Program-made: the position numbers and the translations under genes
Notes under the pieces: generated by a model
Database searches by the model: none
Seen by the model: the letters and a program-made list of their open reading frames with translations, nothing else
What the model was told of the DNA's origin: nothing
Shown here: positions 28,309 to 37,800 of the stretch, piece by piece
Numbering within the stretch: position 1 is the stretch's first letter
How the letters are laid out: the number at the start of each line of letters is the position of its first letter
NCBI GenBank assembly: GCA_043822065.1
Contig: JBDRCC010000021.1
Location: forward strand, 54,691-118,690
Source: an archaeon
GTDB taxonomy: Archaea > Undinarchaeota > CAZHTU01 > JBDRCC01
Direction: 5' to 3'
Length of the DNA stretch: 64,000 bases

Positions 28309-29520
28309 ATGCTTGAGCTCTTCGAATACATAACGAGGACAACTGCCGCGGCAGGCTTCTCCATCCTGTTCGGCGCGGTCGTCTGGCGGCTGAAGATGAC
28401 CTACCACGACCCGGACGAAGATCTCCACGAAAACGCGCTCAAGCTGTTCAAGGGAGTCTCCTACGGTGGGTTCAAGCTTTTCCTCCTCTACTTTCTCATC
28501 ATGCCGCTGGTCCCAGAGCTGCCCCTCTCGGCAAAGATGCAGGACTTCCTCCACATCCTCTTCATAGGGCTCGTCTTCATACTCGGCGTCGAGCTTTTCG
28601 CCTATGCGTTCACCCACTTTGCGAAATACGAGAAGGAGATTTACGCTCTCGGCATAATCGGCGGGATAACCCGCTCTGAGGCCGTCACGGCGCAGTTCAT
28701 GGACGAGGTCAAGGCAAACCCGTCCGTAATCCCGGAGGCGGTTGACGTTGTCCTAATCGCCTCGACTGTCATGTTCTACAGGAACGCCCTCCTAATCCTC
28801 GCAGCAAGCATCCCACTTTTCTATAAGACTGCAATTCCCCTCTTCGCTATGGCGATCGTCTCAACAATCCTCGTCAAGCGGAGCGTCAGCAGCTCGGAAA
28901 AGCAGGACATCAAGCTGAAAGCCGTCTCGCTTAGGACAGCCTTCAAGATTGTCGTCTTCTTCGCAATAGTCACAGCCGCAATAGACTTCGCTGCAAAATA
29001 CGGCAGCCTCGGCCTCTACGCGATAGCCGCAGTCGGCGCCCTCGGGGGTGCCCTCCCTGTGGTCTTCTCGACCCTGACCATGCTCCGCGTCGAAACTATT
29101 TCCCTCGACACCGCCGCCCTGATGATTTTAATAGCCACAATAGTCGCATACGTGAATGACATTCCGATGCTTTACATCTTCAAGCAGAAGGAGTTCGCGA
29201 AAAGCCTCCTGAAGGAGCAGTGGCTCCCGCCCCTCGTGGGCATCTTCACGATATACCTGATGATGCAGGGGCTGTCCATTGATTTGGGGTTTTTGGACAT
29301 ACTTTTCCTCATCCCGCCGCTTTACACCGGGGTTGCCGCAGCCGCCCTGGCGGCAGCCTTCGTGACCGTCCTCTACTACCGCAGGCGAAGAACTATCCTA
29401 CGGCAGCCCCTCCCACCGCCGAAGCCGTATCGTATTCCCCCAAAGCCGGCGAAGAAGCCGCCGGAGCCAGACGAGAAGCCGAAGGGGCCGGACTTCAAGC
29501 CGAAGATAGATTCTGACTAA
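28309..29520 (+). CDS. DUF4010-like multi-pass membrane protein with Pro/Lys-rich tail
   Basis: GIIGGITRSEAVT and IASTVMFYRN resemble DUF4010 motifs; ~11 TM helices. Confidence 0.6.
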   Translation: MLELFEYITRTTAAAGFSILFGAVVWRLKMTYHDPDEDLHENALKLFKGVSYGGFKLFLLYFLIMPLVPELPLSAKMQDFLHILFIGLVFILGVELFAYAFTHFAKYEKEIYALGIIGGITRSEAVTAQFMDEVKANPSVIPEAVDVVLIASTVMFYRNALLILAASIPLFYKTAIPLFAMAIVSTILVKRSVSSSEKQDIKLKAVSLRTAFKIVVFFAIVTAAIDFAAKYGSLGLYAIAAVGALGGALPVVFSTLTMLRVETISLDTAALMILIATIVAYVNDIPMLYIFKQKEFAKSLLKEQWLPPLVGIFTIYLMMQGLSIDLGFLDILFLIPPLYTGVAAAALAAAFVTVLYYRRRRTILRQPLPPPKPYRIPPKPAKKPPEPDEKPKGPDFKPKIDSD

Positions 29521-29577
29521 TACCGGCATGCCACTGTCAAGCAAACTTTATAAATCTGCAAGATAACCCTTTATCTA

Positions 29578-30921
29578 ATGGACGACCTAAGCGCAATCCT
29601 AGAACAGCTATCGAAGGAGGCAGGCAAGAGCGAAGCCGAAATCAAGAAGCTCATTTCCAAAAAGCAGAAGGAGCTGTCCGGCCTGGTCTCAGACGTCGGC
29701 GCCGCGCACATAGTCGCGAGCGAGCTCGGAATCCTGCTTGAGTCCAAGCCCTCCGAGCAGTCCCGCTTCAAAATCCACGACCTCATCCAGGGCATGTCCT
29801 GCGTCGACATTTTCGCCCGCGTCAGCGCCGTCTTCGAGCCAAGGGAGTTCAAGAAAAAGAGCGGCGAACAGAGCAAGGTCGCAAGCGTCGAGCTAACCGA
29901 TGAAACCGGCAAAACCCGGCTCGTCCTATGGGGCGAGAACGCAGACCTCGTCAAAAAGCTCCACAAGAACGACGCAGTCCACGTCCACTCAGCATACGTC
30001 CGCACAAACCGCGGCGCCGTTGAAATCCACCTGGGCAGCCGGGGTTACCTCGACATCAACCCCGAGGACGCGCCAGAACTGCCCGAGGCCAAGGAGGCAC
30101 TCCTCAAAATCTCTCACTTAACTCCGGGCGCCAGCTCGGTTGACATGCTCGCAAGGGTAATCCAGGTCTTCGGGACCAGGGGCTTTACCCGCCAGGACGG
30201 CGCCGAGGGCAAAGTGGCCACCATCATGCTCGGCGACGAGACAGGGACCATTCGCTGCTCTTGCTGGGACGACGCAGCAGACCGGGCGCAGAAGCTGACC
30301 CCGGGCGACCTCATCAAGCTAGAGAATGCCTACACCCGCGCCGGGCTCCAGGGCGTCGAGCTCCAGGTCGGGTGGAGGGGCAGGTTTTCGAAGGCGCCGA
30401 AGGCTTCAGCTCTCCCCCCTCTCAACAAGTTCCGCGAGACCTCAGAGCGCGCACGCATCAGCGCCCTCTCCCAGGGAGACCAGTACAAGGAGGTAAAGGC
30501 GGCAATCGTCGAAATATTCCCCGGCGAGGTAGTCTTTTCCTTCTGCCCTAACTGCAACAAGAAAGCCGACTCCAAATGCCCGGACTGCGGGGCGCAGCCG
30601 GAGCCGATACTCATACTAAACGCGCTTCTTGACGACGGGACAGCCCAAATCCGCGGCGTCTTCTACCGCACCCAGGCTGAAAAGCTTCTCGGCTTCACTG
30701 CCAAGGAAGCGCTCAAGCTCAAGGCCAGCGGAAAGGATTTAGTATCAGAAGCTAGAAGGATACTCGGCACGGAGCTCCTCGTCTCCGGCAACGTAAAGCA
30801 CAACGAGTACTTCAGCTGCCTCGAGCTGGTCGCAAGGGAGGTAAGCCAGCCGAACCCGATAAAGGAGGCAGACATCATAATCACAAGGATTGAAAACCCA
30901 ATCCCAGTGATAATCAAATAG
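29578..30921 (+). CDS. rpa: Replication protein A (three OB folds plus Zn finger)
   Basis: Repeated DETG-x-x-R-x-x-x-W OB signature and CPNC...CPDC Zn ribbon; directly upstream of radA. Confidence 0.9.
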   Translation: MDDLSAILEQLSKEAGKSEAEIKKLISKKQKELSGLVSDVGAAHIVASELGILLESKPSEQSRFKIHDLIQGMSCVDIFARVSAVFEPREFKKKSGEQSKVASVELTDETGKTRLVLWGENADLVKKLHKNDAVHVHSAYVRTNRGAVEIHLGSRGYLDINPEDAPELPEAKEALLKISHLTPGASSVDMLARVIQVFGTRGFTRQDGAEGKVATIMLGDETGTIRCSCWDDAADRAQKLTPGDLIKLENAYTRAGLQGVELQVGWRGRFSKAPKASALPPLNKFRETSERARISALSQGDQYKEVKAAIVEIFPGEVVFSFCPNCNKKADSKCPDCGAQPEPILILNALLDDGTAQIRGVFYRTQAEKLLGFTAKEALKLKASGKDLVSEARRILGTELLVSGNVKHNEYFSCLELVAREVSQPNPIKEADIIITRIENPIPVIIK

Positions 30922-31010
30922 CCGCCGCCCGGGGTACAGCCCCGGATACGGTCGGACGCGGCCCAGCCGCGCCCGCTGCGCGTGAACAGTAACTCACGCA
31001 AAAAGGAGGA
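30922..31010 (+). promoter_or_regulatory. GC-rich multi-hairpin intergenic element between rpa and radA
   Basis: CCGGGG-TACAG-CCCCGG, CGCGGC-CCA-GCCGCG and GCGTGA-ACAGTAAC-TCACGC, followed by an AGGAGG SD. Confidence 0.55.
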
Positions 31011-31015
31011 AAAAA

Positions 31016-31951
31016 ATGTTAGACGACATAACCAGCCTCCCCGGCGTAGGGGAGCAGACAGCTGAAAAGCTTCGCGAACTCGGCTATGCAACAATTGACG
31101 TCATAGCCACAGCCAACCCGGACGACTTTGTCGAAAACATCGGCATATCAGCCGAGAAGGCCAACAAGATGATAGCTGCCGCAAGGCAGATGTACGACGT
31201 CACCTTCGAGACCGCAGACCTGCTTCTTGAGAAACGGAAGAGCGTCACCAAGCTCACCACCGGCTCAAAGAAGCTCGACGAGCTGCTCGCCGGCGGGGTT
31301 GAGACCAAGTCAATAACCGAGTCCTACGGCGCCTACGGCTCAGGCAAGTCCCAGATTTCAATGCAGCTTGCAGTCAACGTCCAGCTCCCGGTCGAGCAGG
31401 GCGGGCTTGACGGCAAGGCAGTGATAATAGACTCAGAGGGCTCTTTCAGGCCTGAACGGGTGAAGCAGATGGCAGAATCCCTCGGCTTAGACTCGGACAC
31501 AGTTCTGAAAAACATTTCCATAGCACGTGCATACACCTCGGACGAGCAGATGATGATTGCCGAGAAAGTCTATAACATGGCAAAGGACGGGGGCATAAAG
31601 CTCCTGGTCGTCGACTCGCTGACGGCTTTGTTCCGCTCGGAGTATACTGGCAGGGGAATGCTCGCCGAAAGGCAGCAGAAGCTGAACAGGCACCTCTCAA
31701 TACTCCACAAGATTGCCGACGACTTCAACGTGGTCGTCTACGTCACGAACCAGGTCCATTCAAAGCCTGACATGTTCTTCGGAGACCCGACCGCCCCAGT
31801 CGGAGGGCACATCTTGGGCCATGCAGCGACCTTCAGGCTCTACCTCCGCAAGTCTAAGGGAAGCAAGAGGATTGCAAGGCTTGTCGACGCCCCGCACCTG
31901 CCTGACGGCGAGACAGTCTTCAGCGTCTCAGAAAAAGGCGTGCACGATTAG
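31016..31951 (+). CDS. radA: DNA repair and recombination protein RadA (no intein)
   Basis: N-terminal HhH (LPGVG), Walker A GAYGSGKS, LLVVDS, GRGMLAERQQ, TNQV and GGHILGH motifs. Confidence 0.97.
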   Translation: MLDDITSLPGVGEQTAEKLRELGYATIDVIATANPDDFVENIGISAEKANKMIAAARQMYDVTFETADLLLEKRKSVTKLTTGSKKLDELLAGGVETKSITESYGAYGSGKSQISMQLAVNVQLPVEQGGLDGKAVIIDSEGSFRPERVKQMAESLGLDSDTVLKNISIARAYTSDEQMMIAEKVYNMAKDGGIKLLVVDSLTALFRSEYTGRGMLAERQQKLNRHLSILHKIADDFNVVVYVTNQVHSKPDMFFGDPTAPVGGHILGHAATFRLYLRKSKGSKRIARLVDAPHLPDGETVFSVSEKGVHD

Positions 31952-31955
31952 GGAT

Positions 31956-31995
31956 TAAGCCCCTCCTGCAGGGGCTTACTTCTTATTTTTTCTTT
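31956..31995 (+). terminator. Hairpin terminator after radA (between convergent genes)
   Basis: TAAGCCCCT-CCTGC-AGGGGCTTA followed by a T-rich tract. Confidence 0.7.
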
Positions 31996-32288
31996 TTCCT
32001 CAGCCTCAGGTCTTCCCTTATCGCCTTGGGCATCTTCAGGTCCTTTTCCTCTTCAAGGAGGGTCTCCTCTTCCCTTTCCAGCCTCTCCTCCTCTCTCTCG
32101 AGCTTTTCCTCCTCTTTCTCAAGAACCTTTACGTCGTGCTCGAACTCCTTTACCTCTCTGAGCTCTGTCATGAGGTACAGCCTCAGGCGCCGGAGGTGGA
32201 TGGTAAAAGCTATCAGGAAGACTACAATCAGCGACATGTACAGCGCCGCCAGCTCTACAAGTGGTATGTTTACTCCGAATACGTGCAT
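31983..32288 (-). CDS. Small TM plus coiled-coil protein (paralog of 34452-34751)
   Basis: MHVFGVNIPLVEL, a TM helix and E/K/R heptads; 4 nt downstream of the TSP3 gene. Confidence 0.75.
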   Translation of the reverse strand: MHVFGVNIPLVELAALYMSLIVVFLIAFTIHLRRLRLYLMTELREVKEFEHDVKVLEKEEEKLEREEERLEREEETLLEEEKDLKMPKAIREDLRLRKKKK

Positions 32289-32292
32289 GCTC

Positions 32293-34380
32293 TCACTTCT
32301 TTCTGCTTTTGGCAGCCGCCTTCCTGTACCTGAACATTACAAGCCCGAGTATTACCAGGGCCGCTGTCGGCAGTACTACCATGAACACCAGGAGCGCAGT
32401 CCCGACCGAGGTCGAAACGCTCACCGGCTCACGCTCGGTTATGTCCACTATCTCCACCGAGTTATCTAACTCAATGCCGTTCCTGCTTAGGGTCGCGAAT
32501 ACTGTGTACTTGGCCTGCTTCATGGTTGAGGGCAGGTTATAGTCCTTGTACGTGACGTAAACCCCAGAATCAACTGTCGGCTCGAAGACATCAGCTATTA
32601 CAGTCCCCTGTTCGTCATTAAGGTTGACCTCTACTGTAACTGTCTGCCCAAGGAGCTCCGCCCTGTTTATTATCGTGTAAATCCTAAGGGAGTCCTTCCT
32701 CTCGTTCAGCAGTGTCGGCTCCGGTGCAACGAGGAAATCCGGCACCTCTATGTTTATCCTGACGTCCTCGACTGCGAGCACATCCCCCTCAGACCTGACC
32801 AAAATGCTTATGTCCTCTTGCGCAGGAATCTCGTACATCGGCGTAGCAACCTGGAAGTTGACAGTCAGCGTGTCCATAGGCTTCAGGCTCCCCCACCTCT
32901 GCGGCTCAGTGACCACCCAGTAGTCGGGAGTCCCCACAAGGACTTCAACATCGCCGTATGCCTTGGTGTCCGTGTTGGTTATCTTCACCGTTACCGGGAA
33001 GATGTCAAGCGTCCTGACCTGCTGCGGCACTGAAACATAGTCTATAGAAACGACCGGTTTGAAATCTTCGGCAATCTCGATTACTTCCCTCTCAAGCTCG
33101 ACTGCGTTCGCCCCTATGGCGAAAACCGAAAGCCCTGGCACCTCAGTCTCAAAGTAAAGGAAGTCGTCGTCCTGGTCTCCAGTTTCCGTGTCGGCAAGGC
33201 TCCAATCCTTTTCAAGCCTGTAGAAGTCCACCTGGGACTCATCGATGTTGTTTTTCACTATCCAGTCCTTCGTGACCTTGTACTTTACCCTTACTGCGTC
33301 TATGTCCTCTTCTTCTATGTTCTTCTTGTCGACGGTTATGTACTGTGTCTTGTCCTTCGGGACGGTTGGCGCCTCAGGAGTCCCGATAAGCGCCTTGAAC
33401 TTCAGTTCCACATTCGCCAGGTCCTTATTCGGCTTTATGTAGACCTCCTCTATTCCAATCCTGCTCTTGCCAACTTCCACTTTCGTGAACTCTCCGGCTG
33501 GCAGGCTGCCGACATCTATAGTCTTCCTCCTGCCTATCCCGACAAACTCAAACTGCTGGGCAGCGCCCCTGCCGGAGGGCTCCATGCCGGTGTCAACCTC
33601 TACATTGCGGTCGTCCACAGCGTCGCACGTGTCCCCTATCCCATCAGAGTCCTTGTCAGCCTGCGCCGGGTTCGGGTCGTTCAGGCAGTTGTCGCAGGCG
33701 TCCCCAACGCCGTCAGCGTCGCCGCCGTCCTCCTGTCCAGGGTTCGCCGTAAACGGGCAGTTATCCGGTGGGCTTGTAATCCCATCCCCATCCCCGTCAA
33801 GCACTCCAAACTCCGGGTCGCACGGGTTTCCATCCCCATCATCATCATGGTCCTCCTGCCCAGGGTTGTACAGCGTCGGGCAGTTGTCGCAGGCGTCCCC
33901 AACTTCGTCTACCATATCCTCGTCAGTGTCAGCCTGGTCACTGTTGGCGTCCATCAGGCAGTTGTCGCAGGCGTCCCCAACGCCGTCAGCGTCGCCGCCG
34001 TCCTCCTGTCCAGGGTTCGCCGTAAACGGGCAGTTATCCGCCGTATTTATTATCCCATCTGAGTCCGAGTCCAGCGGCGGCAAGATTATGTTGCAATCTC
34101 TGCATATCAGGTAGTATTGGTTATAAAGTGCAATGTAGTCGTCATAGAGCTGGCTCGCTTCATACTCGATTAAGGTATCCATAACGACAAGGCACGTTGC
34201 TTCGGTACCTGGCAGGCAAAGGATGAGCGTGGTATTAATCGGCGGCCTGATTATCGGCTTAGGCTTTATAATATTAATAACCGGAACTCCACCCTTCGCA
34301 GCCTCTGCAAAGTGCGGCATAACTAAAATCACTAAAAGCAAAACTAAGCACAGTTTGGGGATGAAATTCTTTGACGTCAT
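32293..34380 (-). CDS. Surface protein with thrombospondin type-3 Ca-binding repeats and a PGF-pre-PGF-like domain, C-terminal TM anchor
   Basis: Signal peptide, repeated DNCPxxxNPxQxDxDxDGVGDAC, VKYKVTKDWI...PGLSVFAI, and a TM helix plus basic tail. Confidence 0.85.
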   Translation of the reverse strand: MTSKNFIPKLCLVLLLVILVMPHFAEAAKGGVPVINIIKPKPIIRPPINTTLILCLPGTEATCLVVMDTLIEYEASQLYDDYIALYNQYYLICRDCNIILPPLDSDSDGIINTADNCPFTANPGQEDGGDADGVGDACDNCLMDANSDQADTDEDMVDEVGDACDNCPTLYNPGQEDHDDDGDGNPCDPEFGVLDGDGDGITSPPDNCPFTANPGQEDGGDADGVGDACDNCLNDPNPAQADKDSDGIGDTCDAVDDRNVEVDTGMEPSGRGAAQQFEFVGIGRRKTIDVGSLPAGEFTKVEVGKSRIGIEEVYIKPNKDLANVELKFKALIGTPEAPTVPKDKTQYITVDKKNIEEEDIDAVRVKYKVTKDWIVKNNIDESQVDFYRLEKDWSLADTETGDQDDDFLYFETEVPGLSVFAIGANAVELEREVIEIAEDFKPVVSIDYVSVPQQVRTLDIFPVTVKITNTDTKAYGDVEVLVGTPDYWVVTEPQRWGSLKPMDTLTVNFQVATPMYEIPAQEDISILVRSEGDVLAVEDVRINIEVPDFLVAPEPTLLNERKDSLRIYTIINRAELLGQTVTVEVNLNDEQGTVIADVFEPTVDSGVYVTYKDYNLPSTMKQAKYTVFATLSRNGIELDNSVEIVDITEREPVSVSTSVGTALLVFMVVLPTAALVILGLVMFRYRKAAAKSRKK
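33681..34040. repeat. Identical 87-bp direct repeat within the TSP3 array (33681-33767 and 33954-34040)
   Basis: TCAGGCAGTTGTCGCAGG...GGGCAGTTATCCG occurs twice with no mismatch. Confidence 0.9.
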
Positions 34381-34451
34381 GCCCTTTTTATATACTACCT
34401 TGTATAAAAACGTCCGCCATTATTAAATATATATAAACCATCTAAACTCCC

Positions 34452-34751
34452 ATGATAGTCTTCGGATTTGAGGTCTCAATACTGCAGCTGATACTTGGCT
34501 ACGCCGTACTCAGCGGCGCCTGCCTGATATTCCTGGCTGTCGAGCTCTACAAGCTGAGCTCGCTCCTTCTCCTTGAAAAGGGCGCCCTAAGCTCCTTCTC
34601 CAGCGGTCTCAAAGAATTCGAGGCGGAAGAAAAAAAGATAGCGCTCGAGGAAAAACGGATATCGAAAGACGAGCGCGAGATAGCCGAAGAGGAAGGCAAG
34701 CTCAAGGGCATAATCTCCCGCGCCGGCAAGCGCATCAGGCGCAAAAAATAG
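34452..34751 (+). CDS. Small TM plus coiled-coil protein (paralog of 31983-32288)
   Basis: MIVFGFEVSILQL, a TM helix, EEK/DER heptads and a basic tail. Confidence 0.75.
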   Translation: MIVFGFEVSILQLILGYAVLSGACLIFLAVELYKLSSLLLLEKGALSSFSSGLKEFEAEEKKIALEEKRISKDEREIAEEEGKLKGIISRAGKRIRRKK

Positions 34752-34802
34752 CCCTATGAAAGGGTATTTAAACAGCACTTTAGAAAATATATTCGAGGAA
34801 AT

Positions 34803-37800
34803 GTGGTTGGAAAATTAGAGCTGTCATCCATCTTAGGCATTGTGATATTTATCCTAGGGGCACTTATCTGGACCACCACCCCCGCTGGGTTCCTAATGCG
34901 CGACCACCTGACCGGCTTCGCAACCTTGAACGCCGGCGATGCGTGCACCATCGACAGCGACTGCATATCCGGCTACTGCAGGAACGACTACGACGGCGGG
35001 AGCTTCTGCGCGGAAAACTCGACAGCCTGCGTGCATGATACCAGCCAGTACCCCTCAGAAGATAATCCGTTCTCGACAAACATTTCGGACTACAATGGTA
35101 GTGATTATCATTGCAAGGATGGTCACTGGTCTGAGGACCCGTTCCAGAACTCAAGGACGTATTCCAGTCTGGACTTCTCGGCCGCAGGCATGAACGCATC
35201 AACCGCGGTTACCGTCTTGGAAGGCGCAATCCTGCAGTCTGCGACGCTCTCAGCAAAGTTCAACGGCACCCAGGCATACTGGATGACTTACAGCGCCTCA
35301 CCCGATGACACCCGCCTCACTTACGACTCAGCAGCGTCGTCCGAGCCTTCTGTCCTCCTCCATCCCAATGGGGACGCCTCAATAGTCTGGACTGACGCAA
35401 GGGAAGGGGGAGAGGAGGTTTACTACAAGAAAATAAATGCAACAGGCAGTATGCTGGTCAACGACACACGCCTCAGCGCGGGCGGGCTGACGTCTAGGTA
35501 CGTCTCCGCAGCCATTGACACCGCAGAAAATATCTATCTCGTTTGGGAGGACGCGCAGGATGTATACTTCAAGAAAGCCAATTCTACGGGCGGGGAGCTC
35601 GTTTCACCGACACAGCTCACCAATAGCACTGATGCCTACCGCCCTTACGTAGCCCTTGACAGCTCAGGCAGCATCCATATAGTCTGGTACGACCGCAGGG
35701 ACTGGGTGAAGGGCGCTGACATCTACTACACTAAAATAGACGGCAGTGGGGCTACAGTCGTCGATGACATGCGGCTGACTACAAGCGGCACCGGAAGCTC
35801 CCCAATTGCGGTCGTAGACGCATCAAACAGCGTCCACGTCCTCTGGGTGTCGTCCTCTGAGGTCTATTACACAAAACTCGACAACAGTGGGAACACTATA
35901 ATAGACGACACCCAAGTCACCTCAACAGGGGCGAAATCAAATTTTCCGCATGCCACGGTCGATTCCTCAGGTAACATCTCCTTTGTTTGGACGTATGAAC
36001 TCGTTTTACATTCGGTTTCTGAAATATACTACAAGCAGTTAAACCTGACCGGCTCAGAGCTGATAGGAGACACTCAGCTGACATATACTTCTGCTTTCGC
36101 ACAGAAGCCGAAGATTGTAAACCAGTCTTGCGCGCTTTTTGTTGCCTGGTACGATTCCCGCACAGGTAACAATGAGGTATACTACAAGAAGCTTAACGCA
36201 ACTGGCGGCACGCTGATTAACGATACGCAGGTGACCAACGATGGCGGCGCCTCCACATACCCCACTGTTGCGGTCGATCCAGACCTAAGCGTCTATATAG
36301 CATGGCAGGACGACAGAGCCGGGAACAGCGAGATATACTTCGAGAGGCAGAGCTACGGCTCAAACCAGATTACCGCAACCCTGGAAGTCCCGGCAGCACC
36401 GCCGGCGGTTACCCTCAGTAACTCAGGCACCTACTACTCCCTGAATATGACCTCCCAGCTCCAGCAGTACATGAACTCCTACTGCACATCGGGCAACTGT
36501 ACAATGCCGATAACTGTCTCGGTCAACTCCCAAGCATTGGTAGTCCTAGACAACCTCGCAGTAGTCTACGCGACGATGCCAGTCCTTGACGCGCTGTCAA
36601 ACCAGACCATTGTGACAAACCAGCCGTTTGTGTATGACATAAACGCCTCTGATTTGGACGGCGGGCCACTTACCTTCTCTGACAATACTGCCCTCTTCGA
36701 CATTGACCCGGCAAGCGGCGTAATATCTTTCACCCCAACAGAATTTGGCAGCCACTTGGTGAACATCTCAGTATCAGACGGGACCTACTCTGACTCCCAG
36801 GTAGTTCTCTTTACCATAAACTCGCTGTCGGAATGCACCTACGATGCCGAATGCCCGTCGGGCTACTGCAGGAACGACTACGACGGCGGCAAATTCTGTG
36901 CTGTCAACACGACAGCCTGCGTCCACAATGGAGATCAATACCCGTCAGAAGCTGCCTACTCCTCAAACAAGATAACACTCGCACCAAGCACTTACAGGTG
37001 CAGAGGCGGGCACTGGTCTGAGGACCCGTTTGGCAACAACAACACATTCTCTGACGTGTCGTTCATCGAGGCAAAAACGGATAGCTCATCCTTCATCGCC
37101 CCCCCTATACGGATGATATTCGATTCCGCGTATATGGACGTCAGCGGCAAACCAATTACGCTTGCCCCCGGCGCTTACATGGGGCCATACACTGACTCTC
37201 TCAACGATGTCGCCTTCATAGACAAAGAGACGGTCAACGGAGATACGAAATTCTTTGTTTCAGGCGGCTACTACCAACCAAGTTTGTTCAAATCCGCGGT
37301 TGCAGTCTACAATTACTCAAACGGCGCATTCAATCTTGAGAACATGACACTCCTTTATATCAATGAGAAAGCATGTGGCCTCGACGCAACCACTGTAAAC
37401 GGCGAAACGAAAGTCTTTGTGTCAGCAACGGGCTCTAGCGGAGTTGTGCTGGCGGTCTTAAACTACACAAACGGGAAGCTTTACGTAGAAAACTATACCG
37501 CCACTCCAATTGGAACTATTACTGAACAAGAGGTGGCAGTCGCCTTCGATGCCGGAGGGCAGAAAAAGATATTGACCACGCTTAAGCCGAGCCTCAACAC
37601 AAATGCGCTCATGGTGTTTAACTACACTAACGGCAAGCTATACGCGGAAAACTACACGCTTGTGAACAGCTCAATAGAGCTCATATTTGACGCTGCTGCT
37701 GGCGCAATAGACGGCCAGCCAAAGATTTTCATCAGCGGATATTTTATTAAAATGCCGGAGTTTGTGTTTGAGGCGGTATTGGCGGTATACAACTACACCG

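Noticed and set aside
31016-31951. Intein in RadA, or intron in tRNA-Ser
   Set aside because: RadA is normal length with contiguous motifs, and the tRNA has an uninterrupted 7-nt anticodon loop.
33600-34070. CRISPR-like or DGR-like repeats in the TSP3 gene
   Set aside because: The repeats are in-frame protein repeats without unique spacers, and there are no cas genes.
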